From NCBI GenBank assembly GCA_963762565.1, contig CAVXLD010000012.1, positions 352,001 through 416,000 of the forward strand: a stretch of 64,000 nucleotides of DNA, given 5' to 3'. Source of the stretch: an uncultured Verrucomicrobiae bacterium (GTDB lineage Bacteria > Verrucomicrobiota > Verrucomicrobiia > Chthoniobacterales > JAFAMB01). Under the pieces are notes generated by a model, which was not told the DNA's origin, made no database searches, and worked only from the letters and a program-made list of their open reading frames with translations. Position numbers and translations under genes: made by a program. Within the stretch, counting starts at the first letter, position 1. Each line of letters opens with the position of its first letter. Below, in pieces: positions 17,868 to 28,328 of this stretch.

Positions 17868-18355
17868 GGTATGAATAGCTCTGGTTGTTGAGCGTTACGT
17901 TTTGGTCTTTTGCCGAGGGATTCGATCTCGTTAATAAATTCGCCGATGTCTTGAAATTGACGATAGACCGAGGCGTAACGGATGTAGGCGACTTCGTCTA
18001 ACGAATGCAGCCGTTCCATTACGCGGACTCCGATCTCTTTGCTTGGAACCTCGTGGTCGAAAGTTTGCTCTAACTCGTGAATCACTTCCTCCGCGGCTCG
18101 TTCCAGAGCATCGTAGGCGACTGGTCGCTTTTCGCAGGCTTTGACCATTCCACCCAGTAACTTTTGCCGATCAAATGGTTCGTGACGACCATCTCTCTTC
18201 ACAACTCGCAAGTCTCTTCTCTCAATTTCTTCGTAGGTAGTGAACCGATGTTGGCAGGCCAAACACTCGCGACGCCGGCGAATTGCAGCTCCGGACTTAG
18301 CGGAGCGAGAATCGATTACTTTGTCTTCCAGATTGCCGCACTTCGGACAGCGCAT
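17864..18355 (-). CDS. nrdR: Transcriptional repressor NrdR
   Basis: MRCPKC..KVIDSR..IRRRREC..RFTTYE, ATP-cone, EVAYIRYASVYR. Confidence 0.97.
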   Translation of the reverse strand: MRCPKCGNLEDKVIDSRSAKSGAAIRRRRECLACQHRFTTYEEIERRDLRVVKRDGRHEPFDRQKLLGGMVKACEKRPVAYDALERAAEEVIHELEQTFDHEVPSKEIGVRVMERLHSLDEVAYIRYASVYRQFQDIGEFINEIESLGKRPKRNAQQPELFIP

Positions 18356-18374
18356 AAAAACCAGTCACGTATGA

Positions 18375-18390
18375 CCACAACATATAGTGG
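18375..18390. promoter_or_regulatory. NrdR box upstream of nrdR
   Basis: ccacaacatatagtgg matches acaCwAtATaTwGtgt consensus, 20 bp from the nrdR start. Confidence 0.7.
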
Positions 18391-18511
18391 GTGGGGAATC
18401 AAAAAAATACAACTAAAGTTTCTCTTGACCGCGCTGGCGGTCGGAGACCATGGAGCGCTGCCTCGCTTGTCCGGGCTCGCTGAGGCTCGCCCGGTCACGG
18501 CTCGCCACTGC

Positions 18512-18546
18512 AAAAAAAAGCGCAGAGCGGCTAACCGCCCTGCGCT
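18512..18546 (-). terminator. Rho-independent terminator
   Basis: GC stem (agcgcagagcgg/ccgccctgcgct) plus A8, a U-tract on the minus strand. Confidence 0.8.
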
Positions 18547-18580
18547 GGATGCATAGCAAGACTTTCTAGACTAAGTCGAA

Positions 18581-21448
18581 TTAGCTATTCGAATCTTGGC
18601 TGGTCTTAACGGCGCTAGCCTTCTTCAGGATCAAAGCGCGGTTTTGTCGCAGATCTGCTCCCGTGCGAACGGTCGGGTAGGGGACGTTACTGCCGTGTAG
18701 TCCTTCCCAAATGATGCGATTGAATTTATTCACATCTTTGATGGCGTCCTCCCGAACGAAATTGAACCCTTTGGTTACACGAGCCCAATAAGCCCCGTCG
18801 TGGGTCGCTTTCGGTATCGGACCGGCATTGGCCTGCCGAGGCGGCAACGGAAGTTGCGTGTTGTACAGGTAGCTAGATGGAGTGGCGTTGAACGTCCAGG
18901 ATGCCTGTTTCGTATCGAAAACATCGGTCATCGGAGTCGCGGATGCCGTGAGAGCATCGATATGATCCGCTCCAAGGATATCTTCGATCGTCGCGATCAG
19001 GTTCACCGTGGTGTAAGGAGTCGAAACCACTGCTCCTTGTTTCACGTACGGACCAGCGATATAGATGGTCGAACGATGGGAGTCGACGTGATCTGCACCG
19101 TTTTGTGAATCGTCTTCAATGGCCACAATCAACGTGTCCGAAGCATATGGGCTATTAGCGACGGCCTGGATCAGCAATCCGGTGGCATAGTCGTTATCAG
19201 CCTGTTGATACTCGGGTGTATTCACTCCTTGGATGGCAGTGCCGAAAGAGCCCATGTGATCGTGCATGAAACGCACCATGGACAGCGCCGGCAGGTTATT
19301 GTTTTTCACATAACCCTTGAATTCGCGGTTCCATTCCCACTCGCGGTACCAGTCAGGGAAATTGTTGTCGAAACTACGGAAATACGGATCCGTGACTGAA
19401 TCCGACATCAATTCCAGTCTCGACGGGAATGCCACACGCTCTTTGGTCTGAACTGGATAGAGTGTCAGCGGCGTCGGTACTGCGTAATACTCGCTCTCGT
19501 CGCAATCATAGCCGTAGTTTCGAACGACTAAACCGGCGCGCATCACGGAGTCCCAGATATATCCGGTCTGGAAATCGCCTGCGTCCGGGCCGTCCACGGC
19601 GCCGACATCGAGCGTACCAGGTAGAATGTTAGGATCCGTTGGGCCAATGGGCTCCCAAGTTAGCCGCTCTGCATTCGTCGCGAATCCCATGTTGATATCG
19701 CGGTTCTGACCTTCTGAGTCGTAGGGTTCACCTTGGACACTGTAGTCACCAGGAATCGATTTTGTGGTGAGATCGTTCTCCCGGCCAGCAAAGCTCCACA
19801 CCAATCCGTCGCCGCTCACATCGCCCGGGACATAGTAATTGTCCAAGTCAACGAATTGCTGCGCGATGGCATGATAGTTCGGGGTGATGGCTTGACCGAA
19901 ATCTGTCAAGCTGGGGTCACCATTACCAATCGGCAAGTCGCCCAGGATTTGATCGTAGGTCCGATTCTCTTTAACCAAGTAGATCACATGTTTGATGTGC
20001 TTGTGCAGGAAGTTGATGATGGCCTGCTGTTCCGAGGTCAGCTGAGAACCGTAGTGATCATTCGTAGCGACTTGATTCGTCAGCCTCTTCAATGCAGATG
20101 CTGAGGGAATTGCGAAGCTTTGCAGGTAACCTTTCTGTAACTGCTCTACGTATTGGTTTGGCTGGCCGTTGTAGTAGGTCTCGCCCGGGTTTGGACCGGT
20201 GACGCCTTTTCCATTAGCAACGTAAGCGTAGGTACCGTCGTTGCTCAGGCTGATGGCGTTAGGATAATAGCCGGTCGGAATCAGACCAATTACCGTCGGA
20301 TGAGCCGGGATACCCGTTACAACTGAGACCGCGTTGGCGCCGCCCAACGTGACGTAGAGCGTGCTGCCATCCGGAGAAAACGCCAAGCTGTTTGGCGCGC
20401 TGCCCTTGTAGTGACGAGCGGCTGCGAAAGCCGGCTCATCTGGGGCGCTTACAATCGCGCTCTGAAAGAGCGTGTTGGTGCTCGTGTTAATGATTTCGAC
20501 CAGGTCACTGTTGTCCTCGGCCACGTACAAATAGCTCTGCGTGCTGTCCAACAGAGATTTCAACGGAGTACCAGCCGTCGTGATGCGGGTCACTAAGGTT
20601 GGCGACGCTGGAGTCGAAAAATTCACCACATCGATTTCCCGATCGCGCGCACAGCTGATGTACGCCGTAGAGTTGCCGACAACGCTAACCCAGAACGGAT
20701 ATTCACCGCCCGGAACCCCGCTGTCAGCCGGATTGATGACACCCGGACGCAAATCCAGGGTGCTGATCAGAGAGGTCGCAACTCCGCTGGAGTTGACCGA
20801 CACGAACGACACCGAGTCGTTGCCATAGTCCGTCACTACAATAATGCTGCCATCCTGAGTCGTGGCCAAACCGCCCGCCATCGCTGGATAGTCGCCGGGA
20901 TAAAGTCCATACGCCGTCGTGAACCCGAGCTCAACCGGAGTTCCGACTACGGTCCATTGACCGCTCACCAGCTGATACGAAACGACTGAATCGGCAGAGG
21001 CAGTGCTGATATAAAACGTTTGGCCGTTAGGAGCCCAAGCGAGGCCGACAAAGGCGTTCGCCGTCTGGATGACTTGACTCAGTACCGGGGTCTTGCTGCT
21101 GATGTTGTAAACGAAGATATACTCGTTTGAGTTGGAGGTGTTAGGCCCGGTTTGAATGTCGTTGTAGCCACCTGTCAAAACGAGCAGGGTATTTCCGTCC
21201 GGGCTCACCGCCGTGGTGTACGCGCCGTCGGCGACGAAATTCGGTACCTTGGGTAAGCCCGGGTTAAGAGCCTGGTAGGTTGAGTTTGGTGCAGCTGTCG
21301 GTGTTATTGAGAGGCCGTTAGGTAGAAACGTAGACTTTGGAGAACCCAACGCATTTTGGGGCGCCGTCATCACTAAGGATGACAGCGTCATTGTGCCAAC
21401 GAGTGCGGCACGACAGAGTGCTGTCCTGAGGTTCATTTTATCGCCCAT
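18581..21448 (-). CDS. Secreted YncE/YVTN beta-propeller plus phosphoesterase (alkaline phosphatase superfamily) protein
   Basis: Signal peptide, SPDG propeller repeats, IKHVIYLVKENRTYDQILGD, DNDYATG, EDDSQNGADHVDSHRS. Confidence 0.88.
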   Translation of the reverse strand: MGDKMNLRTALCRAALVGTMTLSSLVMTAPQNALGSPKSTFLPNGLSITPTAAPNSTYQALNPGLPKVPNFVADGAYTTAVSPDGNTLLVLTGGYNDIQTGPNTSNSNEYIFVYNISSKTPVLSQVIQTANAFVGLAWAPNGQTFYISTASADSVVSYQLVSGQWTVVGTPVELGFTTAYGLYPGDYPAMAGGLATTQDGSIIVVTDYGNDSVSFVSVNSSGVATSLISTLDLRPGVINPADSGVPGGEYPFWVSVVGNSTAYISCARDREIDVVNFSTPASPTLVTRITTAGTPLKSLLDSTQSYLYVAEDNSDLVEIINTSTNTLFQSAIVSAPDEPAFAAARHYKGSAPNSLAFSPDGSTLYVTLGGANAVSVVTGIPAHPTVIGLIPTGYYPNAISLSNDGTYAYVANGKGVTGPNPGETYYNGQPNQYVEQLQKGYLQSFAIPSASALKRLTNQVATNDHYGSQLTSEQQAIINFLHKHIKHVIYLVKENRTYDQILGDLPIGNGDPSLTDFGQAITPNYHAIAQQFVDLDNYYVPGDVSGDGLVWSFAGRENDLTTKSIPGDYSVQGEPYDSEGQNRDINMGFATNAERLTWEPIGPTDPNILPGTLDVGAVDGPDAGDFQTGYIWDSVMRAGLVVRNYGYDCDESEYYAVPTPLTLYPVQTKERVAFPSRLELMSDSVTDPYFRSFDNNFPDWYREWEWNREFKGYVKNNNLPALSMVRFMHDHMGSFGTAIQGVNTPEYQQADNDYATGLLIQAVANSPYASDTLIVAIEDDSQNGADHVDSHRSTIYIAGPYVKQGAVVSTPYTTVNLIATIEDILGADHIDALTASATPMTDVFDTKQASWTFNATPSSYLYNTQLPLPPRQANAGPIPKATHDGAYWARVTKGFNFVREDAIKDVNKFNRIIWEGLHGSNVPYPTVRTGADLRQNRALILKKASAVKTSQDSNS

Positions 21449-21560
21449 ATTGGTTTACGATTAGGAGGATGCAGACGGCGCTGCCCGAACAGAGCAATGG
21501 CTGTGACGAGCCATGCGCCAGCTGCGTAATCAACTAAGCCGAGGCGGCTGAAAGCTTCTT

Positions 21561-21626
21561 TGACGCTTATGTTACTTTTCGGTCACAAAGCTTTCCATGC
21601 AGGTTCGAAGATGACGCGAATGTCAT
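21561..21626. promoter_or_regulatory. CusR/CopR-type boxes
   Basis: atgacgcgaatgtcat (21611-21626) and tgacgcttatgttac (21561-21575) resemble ATGACA-N4-TGTCAT. Confidence 0.55.
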
Positions 21627-21746
21627 TTTAAAGGGGCGAACGTCCAAGCGATGAGGAATGAACACGATCTGGGAGGGCGCGCGTCCTCGCGCGTTAGTCC
21701 GATTTTACAATTTTGACCGCTTCTGCTATCTCCTTTGCATCAACGC

Positions 21747-22427
21747 ATGGACGGTATGCAGGTACTCGTGGTCGAAGACGAAGCGAAAGCCGCGACCTTC
21801 CTTTCCAACGGCTTGTCCGAGAATGGCTGGTCCGTGGACATCGCGAATGATGGCAAAATTGCTTGGGGTTTCCTGCGAGAGAAGCAGTACGATATTGTCC
21901 TGCTGGACGTCTTGCTTCCCGGGCTAGATGGCTGGAGCATTATTCGTCAGATGCGGGCCAACGGGATAGCGACGCCGGTCATTTTTCTGACCGCCCGAGA
22001 TAGTTTGGGAGAGCGGATCCGCGGTTTGGATCTGGGCGCCGATGACTACCTGGTGAAGCCATTCGCGTTTTCAGAGTTAATGGCGCGGATTAGAACTGTG
22101 CTTCGACGTGGCCGGGATACTAGTCCGACTAGTCTGCGGGTTTCAGATCTGGAACTGGACTTGATCCGACACAAGGTTGTTCGCCGTAATCAACCCATTG
22201 AGCTCACCCAAAAAGAGTTTGCGCTATTACTTTTGCTGGCTCGGACACCGAATGAAGTGGTCGGTCGCAAGGTAATCGCCAAAGAAATTTGGCACATGGA
22301 TTCGGCGAGCGATTCCAATGTAGTGGATGTCGCTGTTCGACGGTTGCGCCGGAAGGTTGATTATCCATTCGACAAGCCTTTGATTCACTCCGTCTACGGC
22401 GTTGGTTATGTACTCGGAGAACGTTGA
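21747..22427 (+). CDS. Heavy-metal response regulator (CusR/CzcR-like, OmpR family)
   Basis: VLVVEDE, LDVLLPGLDGW, GADDYLVKPFAFSEL, SNVVDVAVRRLRRKVD..LIHSVYGVGY. Confidence 0.9.
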   Translation: MDGMQVLVVEDEAKAATFLSNGLSENGWSVDIANDGKIAWGFLREKQYDIVLLDVLLPGLDGWSIIRQMRANGIATPVIFLTARDSLGERIRGLDLGADDYLVKPFAFSELMARIRTVLRRGRDTSPTSLRVSDLELDLIRHKVVRRNQPIELTQKEFALLLLLARTPNEVVGRKVIAKEIWHMDSASDSNVVDVAVRRLRRKVDYPFDKPLIHSVYGVGYVLGER

Positions 22428-22436
22428 GGTCGCGAG

Positions 22437-23903
22437 ATGAGGCCGAGACGTTCCTGGTCGATGGTGTTTCGTCTTTCTGCGTCGTATGCGGTTATTACCA
22501 TCGCCCTGCTATCCCTGTTCGGTGCGTTTCTCTACTTTTCTCTAAAAGAGAGTCTCCAGGTATCAGCTCGAAATACGCTCGCGGATAAGATTTCAGTGAT
22601 GCGGCAAATTCTGCGCGAGCGGCCCAACGATCAAGAGGCTTTGGAAGAGGAGGTCCAATGGGAGAGCACCGCGCGACAAAGTAGCGTGTATTATAGCCGG
22701 TTGCTGCGGGAGGATGGTACGCTGGTGATTCAATCGTCTGGAGCAGCAGGCCTCATTCCTAAGCTCTCGCTCTGCCCTACGCCGGCCCCGGAGAATCGGC
22801 CATTTGGGGAGACCCGCGAATTTCGCCCGGCGCCAGAGAGAACGTTGCTAGTGAGTAGCGCTTGGGCAACCAGCGCCGGCGCCGGAGACGCAGCCGAAGG
22901 AAAGCCGCAACGTTTCATTTATACCGTGACGCTCGATACGAGCACTGAGCAAGGCGTTCTCCACGACTACCGGAACAAATTGCTCTTGGTCCTGATCGGA
23001 GGTTCGGTCATATCGGCTTTCATAGGAACATTTGTTGCCCGGCGAGGGATCCGGCCAATCGAAGAAATTTCGGCGGCAGCTCATCGGATCACCGCAAATG
23101 CTTTAGCCGAAAGAGTTGGTTCTATGGCTTGGCCGCGCGAGCTCGCCGGCTTGGCAACTGAGTTCGATGCCATGCTCCAGCGCCTGGAAGATTCGTTTCG
23201 ACGTTTGTCTCAATTCTCTGCGGATATTGCCCATGAACTTCGGACCCCGATCAACAACTTAATGGGAGAGGCCGAAGTAGCCCTAAGTCGAGAACGGACC
23301 TCGGGAGAGTACGCTAAGGTTATCGCTTCAAGTCTCGAGGAGTATCATCGTTTAGCGGAGCTAATTGACAGTCTGCTGTTTCTTGCGCGAGCTGAAAACG
23401 CCGATTTGTCACTGCAGAAGTCTTGGTTCCAGATAGCGGATGAGCTAGCCAACCTGCTCTCGTATCACGAGTTGGAGGCGGCAGAATTAGGGGTTGCTCT
23501 TGGTTTTTCCGGGGACGCAATGCTTTTTGCGGACAGCACCCTTTTCCGGCGTGCGATCAGTAACGTTGTCGCGAATGCCCTAAGACACACGGCGAGCGGC
23601 GGGAACGTCAGCGTTGAAGTCCACCCTGAGCGTGATGCCGTCAAAATTCTGATCCGAGACAATGGGACCGGTATTCCGGCCGAACATCTTCCGCGACTTT
23701 TCGATCGTTTCTACCGAGTTGATGCTTCCCGGAACACGGCGATGGCTGGGACAGGTCTCGGCCTGGCCATTGTGAAAACCATCATGGATCTACACGGCGG
23801 TTCGGTGACGATCCAAAGCGAATTAGGAAAAGGGACCCTGGTGACGCTAGTGTTTCCGGTCAATGTGGCACAGGTCCACTCGGTGGCGGCTGTTGTGCGT
23901 TGA
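22437..23903 (+). CDS. Heavy-metal sensor histidine kinase (CusS/CzcS-like)
   Basis: Two TMs, HAMP, QFSADIAHELRTPINNL, FDRFYRVD, GTGLGLAIV. Confidence 0.9.
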   Translation: MRPRRSWSMVFRLSASYAVITIALLSLFGAFLYFSLKESLQVSARNTLADKISVMRQILRERPNDQEALEEEVQWESTARQSSVYYSRLLREDGTLVIQSSGAAGLIPKLSLCPTPAPENRPFGETREFRPAPERTLLVSSAWATSAGAGDAAEGKPQRFIYTVTLDTSTEQGVLHDYRNKLLLVLIGGSVISAFIGTFVARRGIRPIEEISAAAHRITANALAERVGSMAWPRELAGLATEFDAMLQRLEDSFRRLSQFSADIAHELRTPINNLMGEAEVALSRERTSGEYAKVIASSLEEYHRLAELIDSLLFLARAENADLSLQKSWFQIADELANLLSYHELEAAELGVALGFSGDAMLFADSTLFRRAISNVVANALRHTASGGNVSVEVHPERDAVKILIRDNGTGIPAEHLPRLFDRFYRVDASRNTAMAGTGLGLAIVKTIMDLHGGSVTIQSELGKGTLVTLVFPVNVAQVHSVAAVVR

Positions 23904-23932
23904 GTTCGGGAGCCTCGCCCCACCAAAGGCTC

Positions 23933-25417
23933 CTACGCTGCGTGTTCTTTCGCGCGATTTTCGAAGCGCGTGTATTCCTTTCGGAACGTTAGCAGAATCT
24001 CGCCGGTCGGACCGTTACGTTGTTTCGCAATGATGAGTTCGGCTTCTCCTGCGCTACGCTCTTTTTCCTCCTCATCGGTGGCATAATATTCAGGGCGTAC
24101 CAGCAGCCCAACAACGTCGGCATCCTGCTCGATCGATCCCGACTCGCGCAGATCACTTAACCGCGGACGGCCAGGGGAATCCCCTTTTGCGCGCGCATCA
24201 GGCTGGCGGTTTAGCTGAGCAACCACGATTACCGGAATCTCGAGCTCTTTCGCTAATGCCTTGATGCCGCCCGAAATTTCGGAGATTTCCAGCTGGCGAT
24301 TGTCTTGGGCCCGTCGAGTCGTGGATCGCAACAGTTGAAGATAATCGATCACCAATAGCTCGATTTTATTATTTGCCTTCAACCGGCGCGCCTTTGCCCG
24401 AAGCTCGGAGATAGAAAGCCCGGGAGTATCGTCAATATACAGATTTGCGCCCGCCAGGTGCGATGCGGCCGTCGTCAAACTCGGGAAATCCCGCTCCGAA
24501 AGGAAACCGTTTCTGACCTTCTGGAGATCGACTTTGGCTCGAGAACACAATAGGCGCTGAACAAGTTGTTGGCTGCTCATCTCCAAGCTAAAAACACCGA
24601 CAGGCCTTCCCACATCCAAAGAGACATGTTCCGCGACGTTCATGGCGAACGCGGTTTTGCCCATGCTCGGTCGCGCTGCGATTACGATCATCTCGGCGGG
24701 ATGCATTCCGCTTGTCATCCGATCAAGTTCGACGAACCCAGTCGGCAAGCCGGTTACAGCGCCGCGATTCTCATAAAGATGCTCAATTTGTTCGATCGCC
24801 TTAATCACCAATTCCTTGGTGGGAACGACGTCAACTCTGATATAGTCACCTCGGATTTGCAGAATTTCGCGTTCGGCGTCGTCCATTAGCGGCTCGACAT
24901 TTTCTTGTTCGTCATATGACCGGCCGCTAAGCGAGTCACAGGTCAGGATCAATCGTCTGAGTAGATACTTCTCCCGAACAATATCGATATAGTAAGCTGC
25001 GTTTGCCGCCGTCGGTACAAAGCCATAGAGCTCGTTCAAGAACTCGACTGCTCCGATTTCTTCCAGCTGGCCCCGATCCTGCAACGTCTGTTTCAGGGTG
25101 ATAAAGTCGATGGGTTTGCTCTTATCGGCGAACTCGATCACCAACTCGTAGATGATTTGATGGGCTGGAACGTAGAATGCCGGCGGCTGTAAACGGAGGA
25201 CGCAAAGATCGCTGACGTCCCGCGGGGACAACAACATGGAGCACAGGACACCTTTCTCGGCGTCAGTGCTGAATGGGAGGGACCTCGGGGCGTTTTTGCT
25301 TGGGGATGGGTTGTGAAGAGATTGTGAATAACTCTTCCCGCTGTCCCTGCGCGCAGCGCCCTGTTCACTCCCGGGCTTCTCAAGAGGTTTCGCTAAGCCT
25401 TGAGAACCTTTCGACAT
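23933..25417 (-). CDS. dnaB: Replicative DNA helicase
   Basis: AARPSMGKTAF, FSLEMS, IDYLQLL, QLNR, DLRESGSIEQDAD, KQRNGPTG. Confidence 0.97.
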   Translation of the reverse strand: MSKGSQGLAKPLEKPGSEQGAARRDSGKSYSQSLHNPSPSKNAPRSLPFSTDAEKGVLCSMLLSPRDVSDLCVLRLQPPAFYVPAHQIIYELVIEFADKSKPIDFITLKQTLQDRGQLEEIGAVEFLNELYGFVPTAANAAYYIDIVREKYLLRRLILTCDSLSGRSYDEQENVEPLMDDAEREILQIRGDYIRVDVVPTKELVIKAIEQIEHLYENRGAVTGLPTGFVELDRMTSGMHPAEMIVIAARPSMGKTAFAMNVAEHVSLDVGRPVGVFSLEMSSQQLVQRLLCSRAKVDLQKVRNGFLSERDFPSLTTAASHLAGANLYIDDTPGLSISELRAKARRLKANNKIELLVIDYLQLLRSTTRRAQDNRQLEISEISGGIKALAKELEIPVIVVAQLNRQPDARAKGDSPGRPRLSDLRESGSIEQDADVVGLLVRPEYYATDEEEKERSAGEAELIIAKQRNGPTGEILLTFRKEYTRFENRAKEHAA

Positions 25418-25419
25418 TC

Positions 25420-25956
25420 TCAACTCGCAGCCGTCTTGCTGCGCTTACGGGTCTTTGGCTTGCCGTCCTTTGCTTCCGGTTCTGGTTCCTTCTGGGCAGG
25501 CGTATGGGCCTTAACTTCGAGTTTTAAAGTCGCTGTCACATCTCCGTGCAGATGAATTGGAACCTCGATTTCGCCGGTTTCTTTAATCGGTCGCTCGAGG
25601 CGAATCCGGTGGCGATCAATCTTAATATCGGCTTCCGCAAGCAGTTTATCTTCAATATCTTTTGCCGTAACTGAGCCGAATGCTTTTCCTGTCTCGCCCG
25701 TCTCTAGAATGAAGTCGAGCTTCGCCTTATTGATTTTGCGGGCGAGTTCTTCGGCTTCGTTCAATTCCCGGGCTTCCCGTTCGGCTCGCTTGCCTTTTAG
25801 CAGGTTCAGACGCTTCAAGTTTGCCGGAGTCACTTCATAGGCTTTACCTTGAGGAACAAGGAAGTTTCTGGCGAATCCCCTGCGCACCTTGACCACGTCG
25901 GCCTCGGCGCCAAGACCGGGAATATTTTCTTTGAGAATGACTTCAGTGACTGCCAT
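25420..25956 (-). CDS. rplI: 50S ribosomal protein L9
   Basis: VILKE..LG..DVVKVRRGFARNFLVPQGKA, FGSVT. Confidence 0.95.
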   Translation of the reverse strand: MAVTEVILKENIPGLGAEADVVKVRRGFARNFLVPQGKAYEVTPANLKRLNLLKGKRAEREARELNEAEELARKINKAKLDFILETGETGKAFGSVTAKDIEDKLLAEADIKIDRHRIRLERPIKETGEIEVPIHLHGDVTATLKLEVKAHTPAQKEPEPEAKDGKPKTRKRSKTAAS

Positions 25957-26048
25957 GCATAGCTCCGGCTGAAATTGAATGGGAGGAGACAGCTAATGGA
26001 CAAGCCATGGCCTGTCAAGCTGACGTACCAGACAATTTAAATAATTGC

Positions 26049-26084
26049 AAAAAAAAGCCGGCCGGGTAAATCCCAGCCGGCCTA
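26049..26084 (-). terminator. Rho-independent terminator after the sigma factor
   Basis: A9 followed by gccggccggg-taaa-tcccagccggc. Confidence 0.8.
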
Positions 26085-26115
26085 ATAAAACTTCTTAACA
26101 GGAGTAAATCTCTCT

Positions 26116-26976
26116 TTAATTAAACTCGAAGATCTCCTGCGGGATCTCGATCGGCTTCTCCTTCTTGCTGAGCGCCCGGCGCAATTTCGCCAACGCGATG
26201 TTTTGCAACTGCCGAATTCGTTCCCGAGTAACCCCGAATTTCTTACCTACTTCCTCGAGGGTCTTCGGTTTTCCACCGTCGAGACCAAACCGTTGGAAGA
26301 TGATCTTTCGTTCGCGGTCGTCCAAAACTTCCAGGAGCTCACTGACCTCGTCGCGCAGGTTCTTGTCTCGCAAGAGCTCGAACGGAGTTTGCGCGTCCTC
26401 GTCACCGACGATTTCACCGAACTCGGTGGAGTCATCGTCGCTGATGGGCGCATCCAGTGAGGCAGGCCGGATTGAAACGGTCTTCAATTGCGACACCTTG
26501 CCGCTCGAGATACCGATTTCCTCGGCCAGTTCTTCGTCGGTAGGTTCGCGACCTAGTTCCTCGCTCATCTGCAGCGAAACTCGCCGCATTTTGGAAATCT
26601 TGTCGACCAAATGCACCGGCAACCGGATCGTTTTGCTCTGGTTTGCCAACGCTCGCTTGATAGACTGTTTAATCCACCACGCGGCATAGGTACTGAGCTT
26701 ACCTCCCTTTGCGGGATCAAAACGTTCCACGGCCTTCATCAAGCCGATGTTGCCTTCGGAAATCAGGTCCAACAACGGAAGTCCCAAATTCGCGTAATCA
26801 TGGGCGATCTTAACAACCAGTCGCAAATTCGCCTTGATCATCAGAGCTCGCGCTTCTCTGTCTCCTTTTTTGATACGGGCAGCGAGCTCGATTTCTTCTT
26901 GGGGAGTGAGCAACGGAATTTGCCCGATTTCCCTAAGATAAATCTTAATGCCCGTATCTGAATCTTCGCCAGCCAT
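26116..26976 (-). CDS. RpoD/SigA-family sigma70 factor lacking region 1.1
   Basis: YLREIG..LLT, NLRLVV.IA, DLISEGNIGLMKAVERFD, STYAAWWIKQ, TLEEVG..FGVTRERIRQ. Confidence 0.93.
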   Translation of the reverse strand: MAGEDSDTGIKIYLREIGQIPLLTPQEEIELAARIKKGDREARALMIKANLRLVVKIAHDYANLGLPLLDLISEGNIGLMKAVERFDPAKGGKLSTYAAWWIKQSIKRALANQSKTIRLPVHLVDKISKMRRVSLQMSEELGREPTDEELAEEIGISSGKVSQLKTVSIRPASLDAPISDDDSTEFGEIVGDEDAQTPFELLRDKNLRDEVSELLEVLDDRERKIIFQRFGLDGGKPKTLEEVGKKFGVTRERIRQLQNIALAKLRRALSKKEKPIEIPQEIFEFN

Positions 26977-27736
26977 ACTTGATTAACTTGTTCAATGGTT
27001 TCGTAGCCAACCCTTTAAAAAACTAAAGAAATATCGCCCCCTAGCTGACGATATTGCTTAACCTCCTTAAGAATAACCTGTCCTTTGACAACGTGGCCTT
27101 GCCGGTTGTTCAACGTTTTTTTTCTTCTTTTCGGCAGTTATAGAAAGGCCAATGCCTCGAACGGACCGTCATCAACGCCTTCACTCGTACAATTACTTCT
27201 CGCAGCGCACTTCTGCTGCTTCGCCTTCAAATCTAATACGCATGAGAGGCCAAAAATGCTTCATGTTTTTTGCAGCCCCCAGAATTTCATTTGATAAAGC
27301 GAACAGCCACTAAAACATAAGAACCACCCTCGGTCAAACCTAAATTCCGAGGCCAAATTACGTCCCTGATCCACGCGCCTTAGACGCAACCAGACTGCTT
27401 TTTCTTCAGGAAATCGTTCAGGGCGCATTAGAATCTGTTGTCGTGGTCTTTTCCCCGAGGGGCTGGCGAGCTCAGTCGGGTCGCTACGATCATTCTGTCC
27501 CCTCCTCCTTCGCCGTCCTGGCTACGGTGGAAAGGCCGGGACTGGGCCGATAGCTGAGGACCCAAAATCCCACACTTGACAACATGCGTCGTATAAGCAA
27601 CATAAGTCGGCAAAAGATGCGCCAATCTACCACCTTTCGGTTGTCTCTCCTCTGCCTCCCGTTTCTAGTCTCACTACTTTCCTTCCTCTTTCCCCAGGAC
27701 AAACCAAAACCCATTGACCTCACTTCAAACAAATCG

Positions 27737-28305
27737 ATGAAAAAGCACTATCTCTCCCTATTAAGTATCCTCGCCTTCGCTGCGACAACGGTTGCCCAGG
27801 CCGATTCCTTCAAGATCGACCCCGTCCACTCGTTTATCCTCTTCAAAATCGGGCATTTTGGGGTCGGCAACGTGTATGGCCGGTTCGATTCCTTCAGTGG
27901 CAAATTTACGCTCGATCAAAATGATCCATCGAAAGATGCGGTCAGTGTTGAGATAAAAACCGATAGCGTCGACACGAACTTTGCCGACCGCGATAAACAC
28001 ATTAAGAGTCCTGATTTCTTCAATGCGGCACAATTTCCCACCGCCACCTTCAAGAGCACGCCGTTAAAAAGGTCGACGATAAAAACTACGAAGTAACCGG
28101 AGACTTTACCCTTCGCGGTGTTACTAAACCTTTGACTCTAAATGTCCAAGCCATCGGTAGCGGCCCAGGTCCGAAAGGTGCGTTTCGTTCCGGCTGGGAA
28201 GGGACCGCCACCCTGAAGAGAAGCGACTTCGAGGTAAAGACTTTCTTGCCGGCCGTGTCGGACGAGGTTGGCCTTATAATCGCGGTCGAAGGGATCAAGC
28301 AGTAA
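27737..28305 (+). CDS. YceI family secreted protein, one frameshift
   Basis: Signal peptide, FKIDPVHS, GRF, SVDTN...RDKHIKSPDFF; second frame GDFTLRGVTKP...KRSDF. Confidence 0.88.
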
Positions 28306-28328
28306 GAACTCCTGCCTAAGCCGGCCAT

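Noticed and set aside
27430..27570. SRP RNA or another ncRNA
   Set aside because: It lacks the SRP helix-8 motif, and part of it resembles dispersed repeat family E.
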